From Methanoregula sp. (GTDB taxonomy: Archaea; Halobacteriota; Methanomicrobia; Methanomicrobiales; Methanospirillaceae), in NCBI GenBank assembly GCA_039698055.1, contig JBDKTL010000042.1, positions 1 through 11,816 of the forward strand: 11,816 nt of DNA, given 5' to 3'. Below the pieces are notes generated by a model that had not been told where the DNA came from, ran no database searches, and saw only the letters and a list, made by a program, of their open reading frames with translations. How positions within the stretch are numbered: position 1 is the first letter of the stretch; each line of letters begins with the position of its first letter. The position numbers and the translations under genes are program-made. Positions 1 to 8,447 of this stretch are shown piece after piece.

Positions 1-146
1 TTTTCGTTATCGGTAAGGTAATTTAGTATGATGTCGCTTAGATTCATTGCCCTGTTCCTCTTTGTTTCCAATTCACTGTTGGATACAGGGCATCTTCACT
101 TTTTACAGCACTTCGTGTACACTACCAATAAACACGGCTATCTTTT

Positions 147-167
147 TAAAAATCCGGTGGATTTTTA
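147..167. promoter_or_regulatory. Perfect 9-bp inverted repeat with 3-nt loop (TAAAAATCC-GGT-GGATTTTTA), possible operator or hairpin
   Basis: Seen directly in the intergenic region about 85 bp upstream of the GT2 start. Function is inference. Confidence 0.35.
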
Positions 168-250
168 CTTATTTTTCCAATATGCTCCTGTTCATATCTG
201 GCTATCGCATGTGCTCTGATTAGATAACGTATAAATCGGATTCTTGGAAA

Positions 251-1387
251 ATGTATACAGGAATGGTCATAACTCTTGCACTAATTCTTTTATTTATTGC
301 CCTGATCCCCTACATCATTTATCTGGCAGGTATCTTTTTTGGAAAGAAGCCCGGGGATACGGCTGTCTTGGAGGTATACCTGAATATCAGCATAATAATG
401 TCTGCATACAATGAAGAACAGGTCATTGAAAAACGAGTTGCCAATATCAAAGCCTGTCATTATCCCAAAGAAAATTATGAGATCATCTTCATCGATGACT
501 GTTCCAGCGATACTACGCTGCAGATGGCAAAAACCTGCCTGGAACAATCAGGGCTCCACTACCAGATTATTGCAAACAGTCAACGACTGGGAACCAACCG
601 TTCCTATAATTTTGCCATCGCAAAGGCACATTACCCGATTATCGTAACCACGGATGCCGATGTTTTTTTTGAACCCGATGCATTGAAACATCTGATCGGA
701 ACCCTTGTCCGCGATCAGAATATTGCAGCGGTTACCGGTGAACTCGTGCCCATGAAAAATGCGAACAGTACAACGTTGATGGAACAAGTCTACCGATCGT
801 TTTATGGTCGCATGTGCGAATGGGAAAGTTCCCGGGATTCCACGTATAATTTCAATGGGGGGCTGGTTGCGTTCCGGTCGGATCTTATACGGCGAATCAA
901 TGACAAACGGGGATCTGACGACGCAAACACCGCATTTGAAGCGATCCGCCGGGGATACCGTGCAGTGTACGTGAGCAGGGCTGTTGTATACGAAGATATC
1001 CCTGCACACTTCTCAGTCCAGTATCGCCAGAAAATCCGAAGAGCGACACGGTTAATCGAAGCGACCCTTGCAAATCTCGATCTCCTTGGGAAAAATAACC
1101 GGTTTTCGCGATTTTTTTACCCGCTGCGAATTTTTATGTACCTGTGCACGCCCCTGCTTTTCTTTATCTCGACTGCACTATTGCTGGTGGGACTCTTTGT
1201 GTATAATCCTCTTATTCCCGTAACGATCCTTCTCCTTCTCCTGCTTGTGGGATTAATCCGGAAACAAAACCTCCTTTTTGCATTTATCGTGAGCCAGTTT
1301 TATCTCCTTGTCGGATTATTGCATCTTGGCAGGGATGTGCGGGTCTGGGAAAGTACATCTGATAAAAAAAAGGACACTCAGTCCTGA
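251..1387 (+). CDS. Membrane-bound GT2-family glycosyltransferase (PgaC/IcaA/cellulose synthase-like architecture)
   Basis: N-terminal TM helix; SAYNEE, IDDCSSD, TTDAD (DxD) and SDD motifs; QKIRRA at the QxxRW position; several C-terminal hydrophobic helices. Confidence 0.92.
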   Translation: MYTGMVITLALILLFIALIPYIIYLAGIFFGKKPGDTAVLEVYLNISIIMSAYNEEQVIEKRVANIKACHYPKENYEIIFIDDCSSDTTLQMAKTCLEQSGLHYQIIANSQRLGTNRSYNFAIAKAHYPIIVTTDADVFFEPDALKHLIGTLVRDQNIAAVTGELVPMKNANSTTLMEQVYRSFYGRMCEWESSRDSTYNFNGGLVAFRSDLIRRINDKRGSDDANTAFEAIRRGYRAVYVSRAVVYEDIPAHFSVQYRQKIRRATRLIEATLANLDLLGKNNRFSRFFYPLRIFMYLCTPLLFFISTALLLVGLFVYNPLIPVTILLLLLLVGLIRKQNLLFAFIVSQFYLLVGLLHLGRDVRVWESTSDKKKDTQS

Positions 1388-1392
1388 CGCAG

Positions 1393-1399
1393 TTTTTTT
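1393..1399 (+). terminator. Oligo-T tract, possible archaeal terminator of the GT2 gene
   Basis: T7 run 5 nt after the stop codon, followed by a hairpin at 1423-1443. Confidence 0.35.
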
Positions 1400-1582
1400 C
1401 ACGGTCATGATATTGAGGGATCACCTGTCCGGACTGGACAGGTCCTTTAGGCAGTAAAATATCTAACACTCATCAAATCACTTGTAACGGGAATATTGCT
1501 GTGAGGCTTCGGGTATTTTTCTGCGTCCACGCTCTTAATAACATTACATATGTATTTATTTTTTTGAATCGATTTTATTTCG

Positions 1583-3421
1583 ATGTGTGGCATTGCAGGT
1601 CAATTTTCCAAATCCGGCAATCCTGTAAATGAACCTCTTCTCCGAAAAATGTCAAAACGGTTAGTTCACCGTGGACCTGACGGCGAAGGTTTTTTCTCCG
1701 ATGACCATGTCGGGCTCATTCACCGGAGACTCGCCATCATTGATCTGTCTGACGACGCAGCACAACCCATGACCAACGAAGACAAGAATCTCTGGCTTGT
1801 CTTTAACGGGGAAATCTATAATTATCTCGAACTTATTGACGAATTAAAAAAATACGGGCATACCTTTTCCTCGCATTCCGATACGGAAGTGATCCTTCAT
1901 GCCTACGAACAATGGGGGGTTGACTGCCTGAAAAAATTTAATGGGATGTGGGCATTTGCTCTCTGGGACAAAAAAAACCAGATGCTTTTTTGTGCTCGGG
2001 ACCGTCTCGGGATAAAACCGCTGTATTATGCTGTTTTTGACGGTGCTTTTTTCTTTGCGTCTGAAATCAAAGCCCTCAAGGAGCACGAACATATCGGGAA
2101 AAAACCCAATAATCCAAAGGTTCTCGAGTTCCTCGCGTGGGGTGCTGCCGATCATTCGCAGGAAACCATGTTTGAAGGTGTTTTTCAGGTAAACCCTGCA
2201 CATTATATCCTCGTAACTGAAAAAAAAGAGATAATCCAGAAAAAATACTGGGACCTTTCAGTGAATCCTGCATTTTTCACAAAAAAACAGGACGATGCCG
2301 GATCGGCACAGCGGTTTATGGCGATTCTCAGGGATGCCGTGAACGTGCATCTCCGGAGTGACGTCCCGATAGGGACGTGCCTGAGCGGAGGACTTGACTC
2401 ATCAACGCTTACCGTTCTCATCAACGAACAGAATGCCCGGCATTCCAAAGATCCGGTGACGGGACGGCAGAATACGTTTTCAGCCTGTTTTGTTGATGAG
2501 CGTTTCGATGAAAGTGCGTTTATTGATATCATTGTGAAAAAAACCGGGGTATCTTCGTATAAGACCATGCCGGATGGCCGTGCAGTGCTTGACGATGTCC
2601 AAAATCTTTTGTATATGAACGACGAACCATTTGCCGCGCTCACCCTCTACTCCCAGTACTGCGTTATGAGGGAGGCGTCACGACAGGTAAAAGTGGTTCT
2701 GGACGGACAGGGCGCAGATGAAATCCTCGCGGGGTATATTGCATACCAGTACTGCCATATCATGGGTTTAACAAAAAAATGGCATCTTTTTACGGTACTT
2801 GAGGAACTGGCGGGAACCGTCACCCATCACCGGGATTTCCTGAAGTACTTTATCCAGCAGGTTTTTGCGAGGAAAAGCCGGCGCAGCCTGTTAAAAGGTG
2901 AAGTTTTACCATTTTACCGGTACCGGGGGTCATTGGATCAGGCTCTCCATGAAGATTTAATCTCCAAGAATTTACCCTACCTCCTCCACTGGGAAGACCG
3001 TACCTCTATGGCATTTTCCCTTGAAGCACGGGTGCCGTATCTCGATTACCGGCTGGTGGAATTTGTGGCCTCCCTGCCGCAGGACCAGAAGATCAGGAAC
3101 GGCATTACAAAATTTGTATTAAGAAAAGCAATCAAGGGCCTTGTTCCGGAAAAAATACGCTGCAGGATGGATAAAAAAGGGTTTTCAACACCTGAAGAAG
3201 TCTGGATGAAAAACGAGTTGCGGGAGGAAATGGTAACGTTATTTCATTCGGAATCATTCCAGACACGTCCCTACTGGGATGCCGGTGCCGTCATGCAGGA
3301 CTACCAGAAGTTTCTTGACGGGAAAATCGCGTATTCCTCTGAATTATGGCGGTTTGCGTGCGTCGAACTCTGGCTGCGGATGTTTATTGATGCGCCATCA
3401 GCCACGGGAATGTCCACGTAA
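1583..3421 (+). CDS. asnB: Asparagine synthase (glutamine-hydrolysing) family amidotransferase
   Basis: MCGI N-terminal nucleophile Cys; HRGPD, RLAIID, NGEIYN, SDTEV and RDRLGIKPLYY motifs; SGGLDS PP-loop; DGQGADE, LEARVPYLD and KKGF motifs. Confidence 0.95.
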   Translation: MCGIAGQFSKSGNPVNEPLLRKMSKRLVHRGPDGEGFFSDDHVGLIHRRLAIIDLSDDAAQPMTNEDKNLWLVFNGEIYNYLELIDELKKYGHTFSSHSDTEVILHAYEQWGVDCLKKFNGMWAFALWDKKNQMLFCARDRLGIKPLYYAVFDGAFFFASEIKALKEHEHIGKKPNNPKVLEFLAWGAADHSQETMFEGVFQVNPAHYILVTEKKEIIQKKYWDLSVNPAFFTKKQDDAGSAQRFMAILRDAVNVHLRSDVPIGTCLSGGLDSSTLTVLINEQNARHSKDPVTGRQNTFSACFVDERFDESAFIDIIVKKTGVSSYKTMPDGRAVLDDVQNLLYMNDEPFAALTLYSQYCVMREASRQVKVVLDGQGADEILAGYIAYQYCHIMGLTKKWHLFTVLEELAGTVTHHRDFLKYFIQQVFARKSRRSLLKGEVLPFYRYRGSLDQALHEDLISKNLPYLLHWEDRTSMAFSLEARVPYLDYRLVEFVASLPQDQKIRNGITKFVLRKAIKGLVPEKIRCRMDKKGFSTPEEVWMKNELREEMVTLFHSESFQTRPYWDAGAVMQDYQKFLDGKIAYSSELWRFACVELWLRMFIDAPSATGMST

Positions 3422-3515
3422 AAATAAAGTCCTTAAGGGAGAAGTCCCCCCTCATCAGCCGGACAGGTGACGTTCTGCCTTTTAATTGTCAAAACAGAAT
3501 TGTATGAACCAGTCC

Positions 3516-4241
3516 CTATTTTCGTGCAATCGTGATATATCCCGAGTGGCATACGCTTGTCGAAGGTCTTGTCCCCCGTTTCGACCGGGTCATTTCCCGC
3601 TCGATCAGCTCGTGGGTATGCACTTCCCCGAAACGCTCCTGTGCTGCATCGACGACGATTGCCATCTGCTCCAGAAACGGCGTATAACATGCAAGATAAC
3701 CCCCTGAACGCAGGAGGTTAAACGCATGGGCGACATATTCCGGTGCGATCTGCATATCGAGATGCACCACGTCAAAGGTTCCTTCCGCCGTGAGGACATC
3801 TGCGGCAACCGCTTCCACGTTCAGGAGCTTTGCCTCGGTGATATTTTTTTGTGCAATCTTTGAGAAATCCGGGCGGACTTCGTACGTCTTTACGCTCTTT
3901 GCAATACCGCCAAAATAGATTGCCGCGATACCACTGCCGGTACCTGCATCCAGCACATCGTCCCGGCTGCTCATGCCGGTATAAGCGATGACAAGCCCGA
4001 TATCTTTTGGCAGCATCGGTGCCCCGGAGCGCTTGCCGTGCGTGAAAAAGTCGGTCGGCCGGGGGATTCTCAGCGTGAACTGTGCACCGGTATGGGTGGT
4101 GATAATATCGCCGGCAGAAGCGCCGACAAGAGGCAAAAGATCGATCTGTCCCTTATCCGTTGAAAGCATGCCTGGCCCTGCCCGGGTAAAAAATTCCCTG
4201 CCTTCACCGATCAGCAGAATACGATCGCCGGGTTCAATCAT
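3516..4241 (-). CDS. trmI: tRNA (adenine-57/58-N1)-methyltransferase, TrmI/GCD14 family
   Basis: PKDIGLV, DAGTGSG (SAM motif I), YEVRPDF, LDM, YTPFLEQ and C-terminal TRP...HSGYI motifs. Start overlaps the NAC stop (ATGA). Confidence 0.88.
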   Translation of the reverse strand: MIEPGDRILLIGEGREFFTRAGPGMLSTDKGQIDLLPLVGASAGDIITTHTGAQFTLRIPRPTDFFTHGKRSGAPMLPKDIGLVIAYTGMSSRDDVLDAGTGSGIAAIYFGGIAKSVKTYEVRPDFSKIAQKNITEAKLLNVEAVAADVLTAEGTFDVVHLDMQIAPEYVAHAFNLLRSGGYLACYTPFLEQMAIVVDAAQERFGEVHTHELIEREMTRSKRGTRPSTSVCHSGYITIARK

Positions 4242-4579
4242 GGCGCAGAGAGCCGGAGAATCGCTTCGGCAATATCGCCATTGGTGGCGACAAGCGCTTC
4301 TTTTGCCTTATCATTGGAGACTTTTGCCTGTGCTGCCACCATCGTTATATCCTCATCAGGTATCGCTACTGCCGCCGGCTCGAACCGTGGATGGCCGGTG
4401 ACCTGGTAGGTGGTCGATCCCTGCATCGTCATTGCCGACACCTCGGCGGAATCAAAGATGTAATTGCCCTGCGGTGTTTTTATTACGATACTCTCGACAT
4501 TTTCAATCTGATCGACCTGCATGCCGAGTTTCTTCATCATCGCCTTCATCTGGCGCGGGTTGATATTTCCCGGAAGCAT
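4238..4579 (-). CDS. nac: Archaeal nascent polypeptide-associated complex protein
   Basis: NPRQMKAMMKKLG signature, TYQVTG, and a C-terminal UBA-like AKEALVATNGDIAEAILRL. Confidence 0.95.
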   Translation of the reverse strand: MLPGNINPRQMKAMMKKLGMQVDQIENVESIVIKTPQGNYIFDSAEVSAMTMQGSTTYQVTGHPRFEPAAVAIPDEDITMVAAQAKVSNDKAKEALVATNGDIAEAILRLSAP

Positions 4580-5057
4580 TTTTTTTGCACCCCTGCCGTA
4601 CTTTTACCGCTACTCCGTAATTAAATGCAAGCATCTCGGCGCCGGAAACCTGCGCAGCACCGCACGCAATCAGCCGGTCCTTGCCGGCAACAACGAGCAC
4701 TTCATCTCCCGCGCGGATTCCCGCATCCGTCCCGGTGACATGCTTTGCAAACACATTTTTTCCCTGTGCAACAAATTCTGCAACATCGTCACGGATAACG
4801 ACACGGTATGCCGGTGCAGGCAGCAGGGCATGAAGCCGTTTTGCTCCTTCGATGCCAAGCGTCAGCCGTCCATCCGATGCCCGGACCGTCGCGAGGCGCA
4901 CGCCTCCGCAGAGGATCTGGCGGATCCTCCCGGTCGTCGAGAAAATAAATGAACACTCTTCAGTAAAGAGACCGGTGCCGATAAGATTTCCAAACTGGTA
5001 ATCAGCAATGGTCTGAACCCTGCGCAGTAAACTGTTCTCCGAGTATTTTGTTGACAC
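4503..5057 (-). CDS. TGT-C2 + PUA domain protein (stand-alone C-terminal part of archaeosine tRNA-guanine transglycosylase/ArcS-like proteins)
   Basis: TIADYQFG, STTGRIRQ, DGRLTL and the PUA core GKNVFAKHV...IRAGDEVLVV...AVKVRQG. Start is uncertain: GTG at 5057 chosen, ORF track gives 5066. Confidence 0.82.
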   Translation of the reverse strand: MSTKYSENSLLRRVQTIADYQFGNLIGTGLFTEECSFIFSTTGRIRQILCGGVRLATVRASDGRLTLGIEGAKRLHALLPAPAYRVVIRDDVAEFVAQGKNVFAKHVTGTDAGIRAGDEVLVVAGKDRLIACGAAQVSGAEMLAFNYGVAVKVRQGCKKNASGKYQPAPDEGDDEETRHAGRSD

Positions 5058-6402
5058 GGCCCACAAACTCCTGTTCTGCTGATTTCGGGATATACGCCCC
5101 CGCAGCGATCTTATGGCCCCCGCCGCCGCCCCCGTACTCTTTTGCGGCCTCGTTTAGTGCCTGCTGGAGGTCGATCCCTCTCTCGACAACCCGTTCGGTC
5201 GTGCGCATCGAAATCTTGGTGAGATTAGGATCTTCGGGAACTTCACACATAATCAGTATCGGTTTTGCACTGTTCAGTTTTGAGAGCGCCATGCCCGCCC
5301 CGATGCCGACAATGGTGTCCGGGTACCGGTTGCCCACGTGGAGATACTGGAGGTTATCGAGTTCGTGAACGCCGGTTTCAATGATGAACTGGAGCAAGTC
5401 ACGGATAATCGCCCGGTGGTTTTTGAGCATATGCTCGGCTTCACGGTAGGCCGTGCCCCGGTCCCCCCGCAGGATTGCCCCGCCGAGCGCAGGTTTCGAC
5501 CATCGCCCGCAGGAATTGAGGAGAGTGGCATACTCCTGTGCATTGCGCAACGGTGTTCTTGGGATCTCGCCGGGAAACCCGTACGTCTCCGCAAGAAGCC
5601 GGTCGACGCTTTCCCCGTTCGCTATCAGCTGTTCGGCAAGCGCGGATATGATAGTCCGCTTATCTTCTACAGAGATCTCCTCCCAGACGTACCAGCGCCC
5701 GGTCGGCGCCTGCTGGACGATGCCAAGGCGCTTAAGAAACTGTTTGGCCCCTTCAGGATTGTTGCTGATCCCCTTGATAAACGGGTCATCGTTATAGGCA
5801 AGCGACAGGTAGACCGGGCGCGTCGCGGTACCGTAACAGTTAAGATCCTTTTTGCGGACTTCGACAGAACGGTGCCGGATACCGTCTTCCACGATCACAT
5901 CCCGGGCCGGGCCGACAAGACCGCAGGTCTCCCGCGCCATCATATCCCCGACATTACCGACGACAGCCAGTTTTGCAAGGTCAATATTTGCCGTATCCAG
6001 CTGCTTGGCGATGAGATAACAGATGCCGGCGGCACTCATCCGGGTGTGGCCATAGGGAAGGCAGTTGACCTGCTGGTATTCGACGGTGCATGGCTGGCTG
6101 ACGTGGTGATCGACAATCAGGATCTCATTTTCAGAAAATTTTCTCTCTTCAAGGAGGTTCTGCTGCCCGGCACCCAGATCGGAAAAAATCTTGAGCGATG
6201 TATCGGACGGCACCTGGGGCATGGTGAGGGGTTCCAGCTGCCGGACAAAAACAGAGCGGACGGGAATGCCGTACCGGGAGATTGCCTGCGAGAGAATCGC
6301 CTCGCAGGATATACCATCTGCATCGATGTGCGAGATAATGGATACTTCGTGAGCTGCAGTGATGTGCTCTGCGGCTGCCTTCACATCATCGCAAAAACCC
6401 AT
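5002..6402 (-). CDS. recJ: DHH/DHHA1 phosphoesterase, archaeal RecJ/Cdc45 homologue (GAN-like)
   Basis: HIDADG, SDLG, VDHH, VGD and C-terminal GGGGGHKIAAGA motifs, with a long insertion between the DHH and DHHA1 domains as in GAN/Cdc45. Confidence 0.88.
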   Translation of the reverse strand: MGFCDDVKAAAEHITAAHEVSIISHIDADGISCEAILSQAISRYGIPVRSVFVRQLEPLTMPQVPSDTSLKIFSDLGAGQQNLLEERKFSENEILIVDHHVSQPCTVEYQQVNCLPYGHTRMSAAGICYLIAKQLDTANIDLAKLAVVGNVGDMMARETCGLVGPARDVIVEDGIRHRSVEVRKKDLNCYGTATRPVYLSLAYNDDPFIKGISNNPEGAKQFLKRLGIVQQAPTGRWYVWEEISVEDKRTIISALAEQLIANGESVDRLLAETYGFPGEIPRTPLRNAQEYATLLNSCGRWSKPALGGAILRGDRGTAYREAEHMLKNHRAIIRDLLQFIIETGVHELDNLQYLHVGNRYPDTIVGIGAGMALSKLNSAKPILIMCEVPEDPNLTKISMRTTERVVERGIDLQQALNEAAKEYGGGGGGHKIAAGAYIPKSAEQEFVGRVNKILGEQFTAQGSDHC

Positions 6403-6446
6403 TGCATAATATTTAGGGAGTTCATACAGATGAATTGTACTTTGGT

Positions 6447-7877
6447 ATGCAGCCTGATCAGATTGAGGTTTTTCTGGAAACGGGAATAATCACCCTAAAA
6501 CGAATGCGGGTGGTGGACAAAAATGCCATTGCGCTTGGTGTGACGGAGCTCCAGCTGATGGAGAGCGCGGGAAAGTCTCTTGCAGCGTGTGCGTTAATGC
6601 TGAAGCCGCAGCGCGTGCTGGTACTGTGCGGGAACGGGAATAATGGCGGTGACGGCATGGTTGCTGCCCGGTATCTCCAGAACGGCGTGGAGACACATGT
6701 CTGTTATCGTGACGGCGGCAACCGGAGTTCGTCCTGTACCCACAATCTTGCAGCGCTGAAACATTCGCGTGTTGCCCTCCACCCGTTTACGTGTGCCGAT
6801 GATCTCAAAGCCTGTGCCGCGCAGTTTAATGCGGCTGATGTCATTATCGATGCACTGCTCGGGATCGGTGCTGTCGGCACTCCTCAAGAACCCCTCCTCA
6901 CCTGTGTTACGATGGCGAATGCATCGCGTGCGAAGATCATCGCTGCCGATGTCCCGACACCCGGTATGCGTGCAGATACCATCTGCGCGTTTCACCGGCC
7001 AAAAACCGATGGGGCGATTGTGGTGGATATCGGTATCCCGGTTGAAGCGGAATGTTGTGTCGGGCCCGGGGAGCTCACGCTTATTCCCGCCCGGAACAAA
7101 AAGAGCCATAAGGGTGTGGGCGGAGCGGTGCTCGTCATCGGTGGCGGACCGTACCAGGGTGCACCGTACCTTGCCGGGCTTGGTGCACTCCGGGCAGGAG
7201 CCGATATTGTCCGGATTGCTTCACCTGTCTTTGAGCCGGTTCCCGACCTGATTTACGAACGGCTTGAAGGGACCCGGATTGGAGAAGAACACACGGAGCG
7301 GCTTATCGGGCTTGCAAAAAAGGCAGATGTCGTGGTCTGCGGTAATGGTATCGGCACAGAGAGTCATGCCGTGGTCCGGGCAGTTGCGCCGTTTTGTAAA
7401 AAGGCTGTCTTTGATGCAGATGCCCTCCGGCTTCCGCTACCCGTTGCCGGCAATGAGACGATATATACGCCGCATGCAGGGGAATTGGCCCGCATGACCG
7501 GAAAAGAACTTCCCGGGGAAACGATCGGGCGTGCGCATATGGCAAGGGACGCAGGAATCCCCGGTACGGTTCTTCTCAAAGGGCATATTGACATTATTAC
7601 TGATGGAAAGCGGGTCCGGTTCAACCGGACCGGGGATCCCGCAATGAGTGTTGGCGGGACCGGCGATGTACTCGCGGGTGTTGCCGGGGCACTCCTCTGC
7701 CGCATCCCGGCGTTTGAAGCCGCATGTATCGCCGCATATGTAACCGGCCGTGCCGGTGAGCGGGTTGCGGCGGAGCGGGGTGAAGGGATGCTGGCCTCCG
7801 ATCTTGTGGACCGGATACCTGCGGAATTATTTTCAGGAGAGAACGTGAATGGTGGAGTTTACCCATATAGCAGATGA
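6447..7877 (+). CDS. nnr: Bifunctional NAD(P)H-hydrate epimerase/dehydratase (YjeF family)
   Basis: LMESAG, GNGNNGGDG, DALLG, SHKG, DADAL, TPHAGE, LLKG and GGTGDVLAG motifs. ATG at 6447 preferred over TTG at 6435. Confidence 0.93.
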   Translation: MQPDQIEVFLETGIITLKRMRVVDKNAIALGVTELQLMESAGKSLAACALMLKPQRVLVLCGNGNNGGDGMVAARYLQNGVETHVCYRDGGNRSSSCTHNLAALKHSRVALHPFTCADDLKACAAQFNAADVIIDALLGIGAVGTPQEPLLTCVTMANASRAKIIAADVPTPGMRADTICAFHRPKTDGAIVVDIGIPVEAECCVGPGELTLIPARNKKSHKGVGGAVLVIGGGPYQGAPYLAGLGALRAGADIVRIASPVFEPVPDLIYERLEGTRIGEEHTERLIGLAKKADVVVCGNGIGTESHAVVRAVAPFCKKAVFDADALRLPLPVAGNETIYTPHAGELARMTGKELPGETIGRAHMARDAGIPGTVLLKGHIDIITDGKRVRFNRTGDPAMSVGGTGDVLAGVAGALLCRIPAFEAACIAAYVTGRAGERVAAERGEGMLASDLVDRIPAELFSGENVNGGVYPYSR

Positions 7878-8316
7878 CCGGGCGCAGATGGTGGATATCA
7901 GCAGCAAGGCTGATGTTGTGCGCGAAGCTGTTGCGGCAGGAAAAATATTTTTACGGCCGGAGACGTTAAAAGCAATCCGTGAAGGCGCGGTCGTGAAGGG
8001 AAATGTTCTTGCAACTGCCCGGGTGGCAGCGACCCTTGCAGTTAAGGATACCCCGCGTCTTATCCCGATGTGCCATGCAATCCCCATCAGTGCAATTACG
8101 GTGGATTTTACCGAAGGCGACGGGTGCCTTGAATCGGTTGTACGGGTGAAATCTGCCGGAAAGACCGGGGTCGAGATGGAAGCGCTCACCGGGGTGTCCG
8201 TTGCGCTCCTCACGATCTGGGACATGGTAAAATCCGCAGAGAAAGATGCCCATGGCCAGTACCCGGTCACGCGGATTGAAGGGATCCATGTGGTGGAGAA
8301 GAAAAAGGGTTCCTGA
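7849..8316 (+). CDS. moaC: Cyclic pyranopterin monophosphate synthase
   Basis: FTHI...QMVDIS, LIPMCH, TGVEMEAL and TIWDMVKS motifs. Overlaps the nnr end by 29 nt. Confidence 0.96.
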   Translation: MVEFTHIADDRAQMVDISSKADVVREAVAAGKIFLRPETLKAIREGAVVKGNVLATARVAATLAVKDTPRLIPMCHAIPISAITVDFTEGDGCLESVVRVKSAGKTGVEMEALTGVSVALLTIWDMVKSAEKDAHGQYPVTRIEGIHVVEKKKGS

Positions 8317-8351
8317 AATCCGCACCATGTCCCGTTAACCTGCCGGGGCTT

Positions 8352-8401
8352 TGCACGTAAAGTCGATTCTGCACGTAAAGTATGAAACTTGCACGTAAAG
8401 T
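8352..8401 (+). repeat. Three exact direct repeats of TGCACGTAAAGT (8352-8363, 8370-8381, 8390-8401)
   Basis: Read directly. Periods are 18 and 20 bp with different spacers, located at the GC-rich/AT-rich boundary. Confidence 0.95.
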
Positions 8402-8447
8402 CCATCAGGACAAATCAAAGTTAATTGATATCATTTTATTATTAAAA

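Noticed and set aside
1-219. 63-aa plus ORF (28..219) and a possible minus-strand gene start at 47 (MNLSDIILNYLTDNE...)
   Set aside because: The plus ORF has no motif support. The minus candidate has an upstream GAGG but only 15 codons are visible, too few to call.
5338-6489. 383-aa plus-strand ORF
   Set aside because: Antisense shadow of the well-supported recJ/GAN gene with no recognisable motifs.
290-7866. Numerous short alternative-frame and antisense ORFs in the housekeeping block
   Set aside because: All overlap confidently identified genes and lack independent motifs.
8331-8347. CCCG...CGGG hairpin or target-site candidate after moaC
   Set aside because: The stem is only 4 bp, and no duplicated target can be identified without the other end of the element.
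8352-8401. Triple repeat as a mini CRISPR array
   Set aside because: Repeats (12 bp) and spacers (6-8 bp) are far too short, and there are no cas genes in the window.
7833-8405. 190-aa minus-strand ORF starting within the triple repeat
   Set aside because: Antisense to moaC; its N-terminal TLRA repeats simply reflect the DNA repeat.
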